Source of the DNA: an uncultured bacterium
GTDB lineage: Bacteria > Fidelibacterota > Marinisomatia > Marinisomatales > UBA1611
Direction of reading: 5' to 3'
NCBI GenBank assembly: GCA_964586315.1
Contig: CAZPHE010000001.1
Span: 29,125 to 93,124, forward strand
Length of the DNA stretch: 64,000 nucleotides
Part shown: positions 55,678 to 64,000 of the stretch, one piece after another
How the letters are laid out: every line of letters begins with the position of its first letter
Numbering within the stretch: position 1 is the first letter of the stretch
Made by a program: the position numbers and the translations under genes
The notes under the pieces: model-generated
Database searches by the model: none
Told to the model about the DNA's origin: nothing
Seen by the model: the letters and a program-made list of their open reading frames with translations, nothing else

Positions 55678-56720
55678 TTCGCTATAAACAAGTTTGTTTC
55701 TCCTTGCTCTAATTGGTTTCGGTTAGATGCAAAAACAATGTAGTCTCCATCTGGACTAAACATTGGGAAGCCATCAAAGCCATTGAAAAAAGTGATTCTT
55801 TCAAGCTGGGAACCATCAGTGTTTATTGCATAAAGATCAAAATTTCGTCCTTGAGGATCATGTAAATTTGAAGAAAAATTAATTCTATTGCCATTCTGGA
55901 AAAAATATGGACAAAAATTTGCAGAACTATTATTTGTAATTTGTTTTTTTTCTGTTCCATCGGAGTTCATTATCCAAATTTGCAATTCCATTGGACGAAT
56001 AATGTTTTGTGATAAAAGAGAATTATACTCTGCAATTTCTTTTGCAGTTTGGGGGTGGTATGCCCTCCAAACAATTTTTGATCCGTCTATACTAAAAAGG
56101 GGGCCGCCATCATATCCCACTCTGTTTGTTAATTGTGTTTTTCCGGTTCCGTCAATATTCATTGTCCAAATATCTAGATCTCCGCTCATCATGGATGTAT
56201 AAATAATTTTACTACCATCAAAAGCAACGGTGCCTTCAGCATCATAACCAGGCGCATTTGTTAGCCTTTTAAGAAAAGTTTTATTTAGGTCAGAAAGAAA
56301 AATGTCATAATCTTGATATAATTTCCAAACGTAACCCTTACTATAATCTGGTTTTGGAGGGCAGTTTTTGCTTCCTAGGTGGGTTGATGAATAAATAATA
56401 TTTTTGCATTCTGGATAAACAAAGTAACTACAGGTAGTAACGCCATCTCCATTAGACGCCATGGTAATATCTCCAGACTCTAAATTAAGAGTATAAATCC
56501 GATCACAAAATGAACCTCCATCATGACTCTGAAATATTAATCTTTTTCCATCAGATGAAAAATATGCTTCTGCGTTTTCACCAGAAAAGGTAAGTTGTCG
56601 TATGTTTGTAAATTGCTTTTCGTTTTTAAGAATGAGAGTGTTGTCATATATCTGCGTATTATTTATCTTTTTCATATAAAAAAGATTGGAAAAAACAAAT
56701 ACGAAAACAACGGAAAACAT
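55665..56720 (-). CDS. TolB-like (PD40) beta-propeller protein
   Basis: Repeated PD40 motifs FSSDGKRLIFQS, FDGSKIIYTS, FSIDGSKIVWRA and FSPDGDYIVFASNR. N-terminal hydrophobic signal. Confidence 0.7.
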   Translation of the reverse strand: MFSVVFVFVFSNLFYMKKINNTQIYDNTLILKNEKQFTNIRQLTFSGENAEAYFSSDGKRLIFQSHDGGSFCDRIYTLNLESGDITMASNGDGVTTCSYFVYPECKNIIYSSTHLGSKNCPPKPDYSKGYVWKLYQDYDIFLSDLNKTFLKRLTNAPGYDAEGTVAFDGSKIIYTSMMSGDLDIWTMNIDGTGKTQLTNRVGYDGGPLFSIDGSKIVWRAYHPQTAKEIAEYNSLLSQNIIRPMELQIWIMNSDGTEKKQITNNSSANFCPYFFQNGNRINFSSNLHDPQGRNFDLYAINTDGSQLERITFFNGFDGFPMFSPDGDYIVFASNRNQLEQGETNLFIAKWKQ

Positions 56721-57048
56721 TAAAAAAATATAAGTTTTTGATGCATTCTATTCCAAACAATGTTATTGCCTAATGAAGGATCTCTATAAAGTTTTATTTG
56801 ATGTGGTCACTTAATCTTTATTTTTGTAGAATATTCATTATAAGTGAAACCTATTTGTATAAATAAATTAATCAATAAGAACATAGCGATTGCAAATATA
56901 TTTATCACAACTACATGAAAACCAATCTTTTGATTTCAAACACTAACAACATATTTAAATCATTATGGTTCCACAAAACTTTCAATTGATCCTAATGATT
57001 GTTTTTGATTTTATGATATTCTTACAATAGATGTTTTTTATAAAATAA

Positions 57049-58848
57049 ATGTACATGAATTCATATCAAAAATATTCACGTTTTCATACCTTATCTAAAT
57101 TAGCTGTATTTATAATTCTTGTTTTTTTTATTTTTTTAATTTTTTTACCTCATTATGCAATTATTTTATTTTTAAATAGTCTTCGCCCTGGTGTTCCCTA
57201 TCAATTTTTTACAAATAATTATCATTTCTACTTTCAATTGTGTTGCGGTCTAATATCCGCTGGTCTGGTTCTCGTTCTTATTTATTTGAATTATAAAAAG
57301 AAATCTTATATAAACCTGACAGAGCTTTTAGTTCAAGATATTTTTTTTTATTTCAACGCTACACAGCGTAACATTCTCGGTTTTACACAATCGGAGGACA
57401 AACTACATCGTGTTGTTTTTATAATTATAATTTTAATTGGCGTTAGCACCCGATTGTTATATATAGATAGACCTGTTTTTCATGATGAGGCTAAAACCTT
57501 TCATGATTTTATATCTAGAGATTGGATTAATACAATAACCAACTATTATGTACCCAATAATCATGTTTTTCATTCAATTTTATCAAGAATATCTTACCTT
57601 GTTGGCGGAAACCAAGAATGGGTGATTCGCTTGCCTGTTTTTATTTTTGGTGTAATAACAATGTTGTTATCATATGTTTGTTCAAGGATACTATTTAACA
57701 AAAACATAGCCATAATTTCATGTGCATTAATTGCCAACAACATTCCTCTGGTTAGTTATTCAGTAAATGCCCGAGGTTATATTATTATAACCTGTCTCTT
57801 TTTGTTTTTGATTACTATCATTAGACAAAACAAAGATCGTGAAAGTTTGTTTTTTAGATTGTTGTTTGTTGTTGTGTCGTCCATCGGGTTGTGGACTATT
57901 CCTACAATGATAATTCCACTTTTATTTATGCTGTTTTGGTATTGTTTAGAAGGTTCTTCAGAAAGTTTTTCGAGGAGAATATTGAATGCCTTAATTATTG
58001 GACTGGTTACTGCTATCACTTCATTCGTTCTTTATAGCCCTTTGATTTTAAGGTGTGGAATTGACTCCCTAATATCAAATCAATATGTTCAGGCATCTCC
58101 AATATCAACCATTGTTCAAGATCTTCCAAGCTATATTTATAATTATTGGCAGTTTTTTACTGCTGGATATCCAAAGGTTGGCAAAGTTTTTATTTTAATT
58201 TTATTTGCCCTTGGGATACAAAAACACATCTATAACACAGAGCATCGGAATATATTGATTTCTATATTATTAATGTTGTTTACTGTTTTTTTTATAATTA
58301 AACAATTGCCACCAGAAAGATCATTGTTGTTTGTATCTCCAATATTGTGGGCATATGTTTCAGCCGGGGTTTTTTCTTTATCTTTATTTTTTTCTAAAAG
58401 ATTCAATTATAATTTAAAAAGAATGACAAACATAATCTCATTGGTCATTTTTGGTTATTCAACTTTTATCTGCTTAAAAAATAATGGAATAATAGAAAAG
58501 CATAGGAGCCAAACATTTATTAAGGCTGAAGAAATTATAGTTGATTTAAAATCAGAGTTAGGATTAAAAGATAAAATCGAAACATCCTCTCCTCTTGCGG
58601 GACCAATAAGATACTATATGAAAAAAAACAAAATACAAGAAAGCCAACTACATTGGCATAATGCTGGTAAAAACAAAAATGATTTATTTGGTAGTAAAAA
58701 AATATTTGTAATTACAAGAAAGGGAAGGAACAACCTAGAATCATTTGGCTACTCGTCTTTATATTCTTTAGATGGGTTTTCACCCCCAAAAATTTGGAAA
58801 GAATACAATGGAAAAATAAAAGTATATATTATACGAAGTCTCCCTTGA
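57049..58848 (+). CDS. polytopic membrane glycosyltransferase (GT-C fold, ArnT/PMT-like)
   Basis: 599 aa with more than 10 helices. The first extracytoplasmic loop YIDRPVFHDEAKTF carries the Asp/Glu motif typical of GT39/GT83 enzymes. C-terminal soluble domain. Confidence 0.55.
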   Translation: MYMNSYQKYSRFHTLSKLAVFIILVFFIFLIFLPHYAIILFLNSLRPGVPYQFFTNNYHFYFQLCCGLISAGLVLVLIYLNYKKKSYINLTELLVQDIFFYFNATQRNILGFTQSEDKLHRVVFIIIILIGVSTRLLYIDRPVFHDEAKTFHDFISRDWINTITNYYVPNNHVFHSILSRISYLVGGNQEWVIRLPVFIFGVITMLLSYVCSRILFNKNIAIISCALIANNIPLVSYSVNARGYIIITCLFLFLITIIRQNKDRESLFFRLLFVVVSSIGLWTIPTMIIPLLFMLFWYCLEGSSESFSRRILNALIIGLVTAITSFVLYSPLILRCGIDSLISNQYVQASPISTIVQDLPSYIYNYWQFFTAGYPKVGKVFILILFALGIQKHIYNTEHRNILISILLMLFTVFFIIKQLPPERSLLFVSPILWAYVSAGVFSLSLFFSKRFNYNLKRMTNIISLVIFGYSTFICLKNNGIIEKHRSQTFIKAEEIIVDLKSELGLKDKIETSSPLAGPIRYYMKKNKIQESQLHWHNAGKNKNDLFGSKKIFVITRKGRNNLESFGYSSLYSLDGFSPPKIWKEYNGKIKVYIIRSLP

Positions 58849-58905
58849 AGAACTTTTTTCCCGATTCTAATCAGATTACAGAGAACAACGATTGTTATTT
58901 TTATT

Positions 58906-59556
58906 CTATAAAAGATTATTATATAAATTAATAATTAAGTCGTTTCCAAGCGTCAAGCCTTTTTTTATTTGCTTTTTTTGATCTGGGTTATTCCAACTAG
59001 ATTCAATTATTTTAAAAAACCCTTCTGCGTGTTCGGTGTCTAGTTCTTCGTGTAAAAGATAATGCGCTAGGTTGTTCTTGTTGATCCACCTCTTTTCTAA
59101 GACTTGTCTTATTAAATATTCAGAGATTTCGGCATAACGATATTCAATCATTCCTATCATTCCTATCCCTAATGTTTTTGGTCTGTGTGTTGCTGTATGC
59201 ATCAATGTTTCATTAAAAGCCATTGCTGGACCAAACGGTTTTTGGTTTCTTATTTTATCATCTTTAACACCCAATGATAATAAATATGTTCTAAATGTAT
59301 TTCCGTGCGCTCTTTCCAGTTGTCCATTTCCATGTTCATCAAATATGTTTTTTAAAACAATATTTCTATCTATATAAGACTCTAGTCGGCTTGCCAAAAC
59401 CAACATCGGTCTGGAAAAAAATAACACAGCTCCTAAAAAACAAATTTGAGTTTCTTTAAACTTCTTTTTTGACATTGTCCCATTTTTTAAATCCACAAAA
59501 AAAGGTTGTTCCGGTACTGGTGAATTTTTTTTGAGATTTAAAATAAAATTTCTCAA
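58906..59556 (-). CDS. heme-oxygenase-like di-iron enzyme family protein (CADD/Haem_oxygenas_2-like)
   Basis: Helical protein with ligand-like motifs IFDEHGNGQLERAHGNTF, GMIEYRYAEISEYL and LHEELDTEHAEGF (E, E-x-x-H, E, D/E-x-x-H pattern). Confidence 0.5.
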   Translation of the reverse strand: MRNFILNLKKNSPVPEQPFFVDLKNGTMSKKKFKETQICFLGAVLFFSRPMLVLASRLESYIDRNIVLKNIFDEHGNGQLERAHGNTFRTYLLSLGVKDDKIRNQKPFGPAMAFNETLMHTATHRPKTLGIGMIGMIEYRYAEISEYLIRQVLEKRWINKNNLAHYLLHEELDTEHAEGFFKIIESSWNNPDQKKQIKKGLTLGNDLIINLYNNLL

Positions 59557-60453
59557 CTATATTTCCCCTGTTGAAATAAATAAAACATCTGATTTACGAA
59601 TAGGGGGGGAAAATGGAGCAAAAGAAAATATTTTACATCGCGTCTCGGTTTCAATACCATTGCTTTTTAACCAATTTATTTTGAATTGGTCCCGAGAATC
59701 AACCGCAAAACATACAAGACCATTTTTTCGTTTCATAATAACTTTGAGAGCTTTTTTTAATCTTATATTATTCCCACTTTGTAATAAACCCGGATTTAAA
59801 TGACCAAGCTTTAATAATGTATGGGTGTTCGTTGATATTATATTTTTTATTCCATCATTCCACAATACGTCTTCTTTTCTTTTCGGGCTAAGGTTAATAT
59901 GGTTTTTATAATCCTGTTTTAAACAGGTAATATCTTTGCCATATAATAACTCTGCATTTAACATATAAATATTAAACTCTGTATCTAGCCTAGCTAGTTT
60001 ACCTAGGTGTGCTCCGATAAAAGTTGAATCCACCCCCGATCCTAATCTTTGCATAGCGCAAAAATATAAAAAATCCCACCCTTGGAAATCTTGATTAAAG
60101 GGCCACTTAAAAAACAAATACCATAAACAATTTTTTATTATACCCTGTGTTCTGAATTCTTGCCTGAGCTTGAGATCTGCAACATATAGCCCTGTATATG
60201 GTTTTTGATTTATTAAAACAGTTTTCCATATACCCGCAATACTACCAATAACAGTTTTTTTATTCATTATTATTAAAAAGCGCGTTTTATAACCTTGCTG
60301 TGAAAAAAATGGGGTATATTGTGGACCATGATCAATAATAAAGCTTTCAACTCCATTTTGGATAGGGTATTTTATTGCAGCTTCAATGGATCGGAGTTCT
60401 GAAATAAAGGGTTTTAAGCCTTCTATGTCAACGATGTTGTAATTTAGTTTCAT
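59557..60453 (-). CDS. hypothetical protein, possible GNAT-fold acyltransferase
   Basis: Only weak evidence: VIGSIAGIW...GLYVADLKLRQEFRTQGIIKNCLWYLF resembles GNAT beta4-alpha3 (R/Q-x-x-G-x-G/A region). It abuts both neighbours at 0 nt and with a 4-nt overlap. Confidence 0.3.
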   Translation of the reverse strand: MKLNYNIVDIEGLKPFISELRSIEAAIKYPIQNGVESFIIDHGPQYTPFFSQQGYKTRFLIIMNKKTVIGSIAGIWKTVLINQKPYTGLYVADLKLRQEFRTQGIIKNCLWYLFFKWPFNQDFQGWDFLYFCAMQRLGSGVDSTFIGAHLGKLARLDTEFNIYMLNAELLYGKDITCLKQDYKNHINLSPKRKEDVLWNDGIKNIISTNTHTLLKLGHLNPGLLQSGNNIRLKKALKVIMKRKNGLVCFAVDSRDQFKINWLKSNGIETETRCKIFSFAPFSPPIRKSDVLFISTGEI

Positions 60454-61412
60454 TTTTTAATAAAAAGTCTAAATTTATCATAAAACATGCTTCTATCATG
60501 GGTTTTCCAATAGGAGTTAAATGAGGTATCTTCAAAAAAACTCGGTTCAAATTTTTCCGACCAGTCTTTTTTATTATTCAACTGACGCAATAAAACAGCA
60601 GAACCCTTCTTTAGCTGAAATAAATGTTTCGCACACGCAGAAACAAACACATCGTCTCCCCAATCAAAAAGGTTAGAAAGACTAACAAAATCAAAAGATT
60701 CAATGTTTGGAACATCATAAACCGTACCCGTTAAATAATCAATATCAATTTTATTAGAGCTTTTTATATATGGAAAAACAGTGGCTGACATATAATATCC
60801 TAAAAAAATATGTTGCAAGAAGGGGTTTAAACAACTATTTCTCTTTTTTAATTCACCAATGATTTTGTTTTTAAAATAATGAATGTATGTTCCTTTTTTT
60901 GCCTGTTGAGTTGCTCGTTTACTAAATACTTTTTCAATAGCAAGGTCATTGAAAACATCTTTAAAAGGATTTAAAATATTTTTATTTAATATCCATGATT
61001 CTACAATTTTTTTCTTTTTTAAAATAGGGGTCTCGGGGTTGAAAAATGTTTTTATATCATTAATATCAGCAACATTGGAAATAAAGGATTTGCGAAAATT
61101 TTGAAACATTTTTTCAAATTTACCTGATTGGTTTAAACATAAATTATCTTTTTTCCCGACATTTAAAGAATGATAATCAGATTGCGCTACAAGTTTAACT
61201 TTTTTTTTGACATGATCAATTTGGTGGGGATTTATGTCAAATGCTAATATAGATAGTTTTGGAAAAACCATTTTCAGTGATAAAGGAACACACCCCCCTG
61301 AACACACCGTTAAAAGTTTTTTAAAACCATGGGTTTTTATTACCTGCGACTCCACAAGATAGTCTTCTCGGGTCACTGCAAAAAGAACATCATTAAATGG
61401 ATTTTTCGTCAT
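60450..61412 (-). CDS. DUF3419/BtaA-like SAM-dependent transferase family protein
   Basis: LLTVCSGGCVPLSL...ILAFDINPHQIDHVKKK and the C-terminal FVSLSNLFDWGD match the layout of BtaA-type (betaine-lipid synthase-like) proteins. Confidence 0.55.
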   Translation of the reverse strand: MTKNPFNDVLFAVTREDYLVESQVIKTHGFKKLLTVCSGGCVPLSLKMVFPKLSILAFDINPHQIDHVKKKVKLVAQSDYHSLNVGKKDNLCLNQSGKFEKMFQNFRKSFISNVADINDIKTFFNPETPILKKKKIVESWILNKNILNPFKDVFNDLAIEKVFSKRATQQAKKGTYIHYFKNKIIGELKKRNSCLNPFLQHIFLGYYMSATVFPYIKSSNKIDIDYLTGTVYDVPNIESFDFVSLSNLFDWGDDVFVSACAKHLFQLKKGSAVLLRQLNNKKDWSEKFEPSFFEDTSFNSYWKTHDRSMFYDKFRLFIKK

Positions 61413-61891
61413 TTTAGCTGTTCTGAACCATAAAAATTATTATTAGAATTAGTTTTAATTAGCTTTATTAATGGAAAACCAAAAACCGTCAGGTATGTAT
61501 AGTGTTTGTTTTGTATCGGGTTGTTTTTTATTGATGTAATATTAAAAATTCCATTTTTTATTGGAAAATAATTAGATGGCTTTGTTGCTTTTAGCGATGG
61601 ATAATATAAAACGTCAGAGCCCCACAGGTCATTATAGGGGCCTAATAAATAAAACCAATTGATGTTTTTTGGGTTTTCATAATTAAATTTTTGTTTTGCA
61701 CGATGTACAACATCAATATTTAAATCAAATGAAGGGTGATGCAAATAAAAAAACTGGAAGTCTTTTGATTTCACCTTAATAATGTTTGATCTAGCTTGCG
61801 TGTCTTGAAAGTTGATTAATAGATCACTGTTTTTTTGCCCAATAACTAGGCAAAAAAACATTACTAGAATAATTGTTCTTTTTGAAATCAT
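61409..61891 (-). CDS. small secreted hypothetical protein
   Basis: 160 aa with a signal-like N-terminus (TIILVMFFCLVIG). No recognisable motif. It is the first gene of a four-gene minus-strand string with overlapping or abutting junctions. Confidence 0.4.
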   Translation of the reverse strand: MISKRTIILVMFFCLVIGQKNSDLLINFQDTQARSNIIKVKSKDFQFFYLHHPSFDLNIDVVHRAKQKFNYENPKNINWFYLLGPYNDLWGSDVLYYPSLKATKPSNYFPIKNGIFNITSIKNNPIQNKHYTYLTVFGFPLIKLIKTNSNNNFYGSEQLK

Positions 61892-62175
61892 CTATAGATT
61901 ACAACCATAATTTTTTTATATAGCCGTTAATTAAAAATTAATAAAAAATTAATTTTACTAAAGCTTAGTTTAATAAATATCCCACAAAAATAAACGAATA
62001 TTTTTTTATGTTATATTATTTTATTCTGCTTGCCAACCATGTTTGTTATAATTTGTTTTTACTGGAAACCCTTTCCAACTCCTTGTATATTCCTAGGATG
62101 TGCTTATCATTCATATATGGAAAATTGGGCGCAGTACAAAACTTAAAAATATAATTTAACTTAAAATATTTCATA

Positions 62176-63336
62176 ATGAGCGAGGAAACAAACGGGCGCA
62201 ACGTATCAATTCCAAGGGGATATAACCCCGAAGATACAAGCGCAAGAAAAGAATGGGTTAAAAAATTTTCTGGGATTGAGATTGATGATTCCCTAAAAGA
62301 CAAAGAAGGTGACCTGCAAGGAATTATAGAAAACCACGTGGGTTTTATGAAAATTCCAATGGCAATTGTTGGCCCTCTAATTATAGACGGAACTTATGCA
62401 AAAGGTGAGTTTTGCATACCTCTTTGCACTTTAGAGGGAACCTTAGCAATGTCAATGAATCGCGGAATTTATGCGTCTGCTCTATGTGGCGGAACAAAGG
62501 TAAAACATTTCAGACAAGAACTTTCTCGCGCACCCGTTTTTATATTTGACAGCCTTCATGATAGCGCAAAGTTTCAAACATGGATCTCAAAAAACGAGAC
62601 TAAAATAAAAACAGTTGCCGAAAGCACAACCAACCACGGTAAAGTGTTGAGAATTGATCAATATACTGTTCAAAATTACGTTATACTTGATATAGTAATG
62701 GACACCAGTAACGCTGCGGGGCAGAACATGGTTACGCTTGCTGCACAGGTTGCCTGCGAGTTTATCCAAAAAGAAACAAATCACAATTATTTTCTAGAAT
62801 CCAATATTAATAGTGATAAAAAAGCATCTGTTAGAAATATGCTTTTAGGCCGAGGGCATGGAGTAACAGCAGAAACAACTATAAAAAACAATGTGATGGG
62901 TCGAATTCTAAAAATGGATCCCGATATTTTATTTAACTCCTGGGGGTTTTTTCCAATAGTTTCAAGTATGGCAGGAACACATGGAAATGGGTTACATGTT
63001 TCCAATGCTCTCACAGCGATATACTTAGCGACAGGGCAAGACGCTGCGTGTGCCGCAGAAAACAGCATAGCACATGTGGGGCTTGAGAAAAGAGACGACG
63101 CACTAAAATTCAAACTTACTCTTCCCTCTTTGACCGTTGGAACAGTGGGAGGTGGAACTAGATTAAAAATGCAAAAACGGAACCTAGAATTGTTGGGTTG
63201 TACTGAAGGTGAACACTCTTCTCGTAAGCTTGCTGAAATTATAGCTGGAGCAGCTCTTGCATTAGAAATATCCCTTATTTGCGCAATTGCTTCTCACACT
63301 TGGACCGACGCCCATATGAAATATGGTAGAAAATAA
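62176..63336 (+). CDS. class I HMG-CoA reductase-like protein (catalytic domain only, atypical active-site motif)
   Basis: ENHVGFMKIPMAIVGPLIIDG...IPLCTLEGTLAMSMNRG, SDKKASVRNMLLGRGHGV, ALTAIYLATGQDAA, GTVGGGT and the C-terminal DAHM are colinear with class I HMGR. The DAMGMNM motif reads SNAAGQNM here. Confidence 0.75.
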   Translation: MSEETNGRNVSIPRGYNPEDTSARKEWVKKFSGIEIDDSLKDKEGDLQGIIENHVGFMKIPMAIVGPLIIDGTYAKGEFCIPLCTLEGTLAMSMNRGIYASALCGGTKVKHFRQELSRAPVFIFDSLHDSAKFQTWISKNETKIKTVAESTTNHGKVLRIDQYTVQNYVILDIVMDTSNAAGQNMVTLAAQVACEFIQKETNHNYFLESNINSDKKASVRNMLLGRGHGVTAETTIKNNVMGRILKMDPDILFNSWGFFPIVSSMAGTHGNGLHVSNALTAIYLATGQDAACAAENSIAHVGLEKRDDALKFKLTLPSLTVGTVGGGTRLKMQKRNLELLGCTEGEHSSRKLAEIIAGAALALEISLICAIASHTWTDAHMKYGRK

Positions 63337-63344
63337 AAATATTT

Positions 63345-64000
63345 ATGGTGGATGTGCTTCAAAACCCAAAATACTCTTATCTTTTGGGAAAACAGCCGTT
63401 TTATTATAAAGCATTAAAAATATTATTTTATTATTACTGTAAAACTGTTTTTTCCTTTTACACGCCTCTAAAAGTTACTGGTCGACAAAATTTGCCTGAT
63501 TCATCTTTCATTTTTTGTAGTAACCACAATAGCCACATGGATGTAGCTCTATTATCCGCAGCTGCAAAAAAAAGTTTTAATTTTTTTGGAATGCTAGCAG
63601 CAAGAGACTATTGGTTCGATAGTTGGATGAGGCGAGTTGCTATTAATTCTGTTATGAACTTGATTCCTGTTGATAGAAAAGTTGGTGGGGTCCGGAAACT
63701 TCCAATTGAAGACACACTAAAGCTTTGCCGTGCTTTTATGGACTACAACAAAAGAAACCTTGTTTTATTCCCCGAAGGAACCCGTGGAGAACCCGGGACA
63801 ATTTTACCTTTTAAAAAAGGTGCAGCTTCTTTTTCAATAAATCTAAACAAGCCTATTTTACCTGCGGTAATACATGGCTCCCATAAGTCTTGGGCTAAAA
63901 ACAAGTTTTTTATGCGACCAACAAAAATACATGTATACATTCTCAAGCCTATTTATCCCAATGAATTTATTAAAAACCGGCCTTTATCTGAAAAAGAACA
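63345..64000 (+). CDS. 1-acyl-sn-glycerol-3-phosphate acyltransferase family (PlsC/LPLAT) protein, 3' end off window
   Basis: Not in the supplied track because no stop occurs before the window end. My translation from ATG 63345 is MVDVLQNPKYSYLL...FIFCSNHNSHMDVALL (H-x4-D) ...NLVLFPEGTRGEPG...PILPAVIHGS. These are the canonical acyltransferase blocks I, III and IV. Confidence 0.8.
   Translation, partial: MVDVLQNPKYSYLLGKQPFYYKALKILFYYYCKTVFSFYTPLKVTGRQNLPDSSFIFCSNHNSHMDVALLSAAAKKSFNFFGMLAARDYWFDSWMRRVAINSVMNLIPVDRKVGGVRKLPIEDTLKLCRAFMDYNKRNLVLFPEGTRGEPGTILPFKKGAASFSINLNKPILPAVIHGSHKSWAKNKFFMRPTKIHVYILKPIYPNEFIKNRPLSEKE

Noticed and set aside
62046-62303. 85-aa minus-strand ORF overlapping the start of the HMGR-like gene
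   Set aside because: It overlaps the 5' end of a motif-supported CDS and has no signal, motif or Shine-Dalgarno site. It is more likely part of the divergent promoter region.
1-64000. Search for CRISPR arrays, rRNA/tRNA genes, transposases, integrases, phage genes or toxin-antitoxin/defence cassettes
   Set aside because: No spaced direct repeats, no tRNA-like T-loop/acceptor patterns in the intergenic gaps, and no recombinase or phage-type motifs were seen in any ORF. The YwqK-like MORN proteins are not accompanied by a YwqJ-type toxin.

Overview
Gene-dense, clearly AT-rich bacterial chromosomal segment with about 55 protein-coding genes. I found no rRNA, tRNA, CRISPR array, transposase or integrase. 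The gene content suggests a Gram-negative, probably marine heterotroph. Two proteins carry T9SS-type C-terminal sorting domains, and there is a sulfatase, a GH20 hexosaminidase, a peptide ABC transporter, Na+-coupled transporters and many secreted repeat proteins. Shine-Dalgarno motifs are visible upstream of several genes. The taxon cannot be assigned from the sequence alone. Recognisable housekeeping genes are sdhCAB (single cytochrome-b anchor type), ppdK, pyk, apaG, a TonB C-terminal fragment, a PhhA-like hydroxylase, an agmatinase-family enzyme, an MscS channel and an NhaC antiporter. The main point of interest is a tightly packed minus-strand six-gene unit at about 19.2-26.5 kb. It begins with a near-consensus sigma70-like promoter and ends with a perfect hairpin terminator. 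It encodes two secreted envelope proteins, MotA, MotB, a two-TM FliF-like protein carrying a long extra coiled coil, and a three-domain FliG-like protein. No other flagellar gene lies anywhere in the 64 kb. I propose it as a candidate stand-alone ion-driven rotor/stator machine. It could still be a dispersed flagellar operon, and only whole-genome context can tell. Secondary items are a lipid-type cluster at the 3' end (heme-oxygenase-like di-iron protein, BtaA/DUF3419-like protein, class I HMG-CoA-reductase-like protein with an apparent Asp-to-Asn change in the DAMGxNM motif, PlsC-type acyltransferase), a sulfotransferase/GT4/deacetylase cluster, a near-identical 162-bp in-frame tandem duplication, and several unusual repeat proteins. 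All homology statements are by-eye motif recognition, with no database search run.
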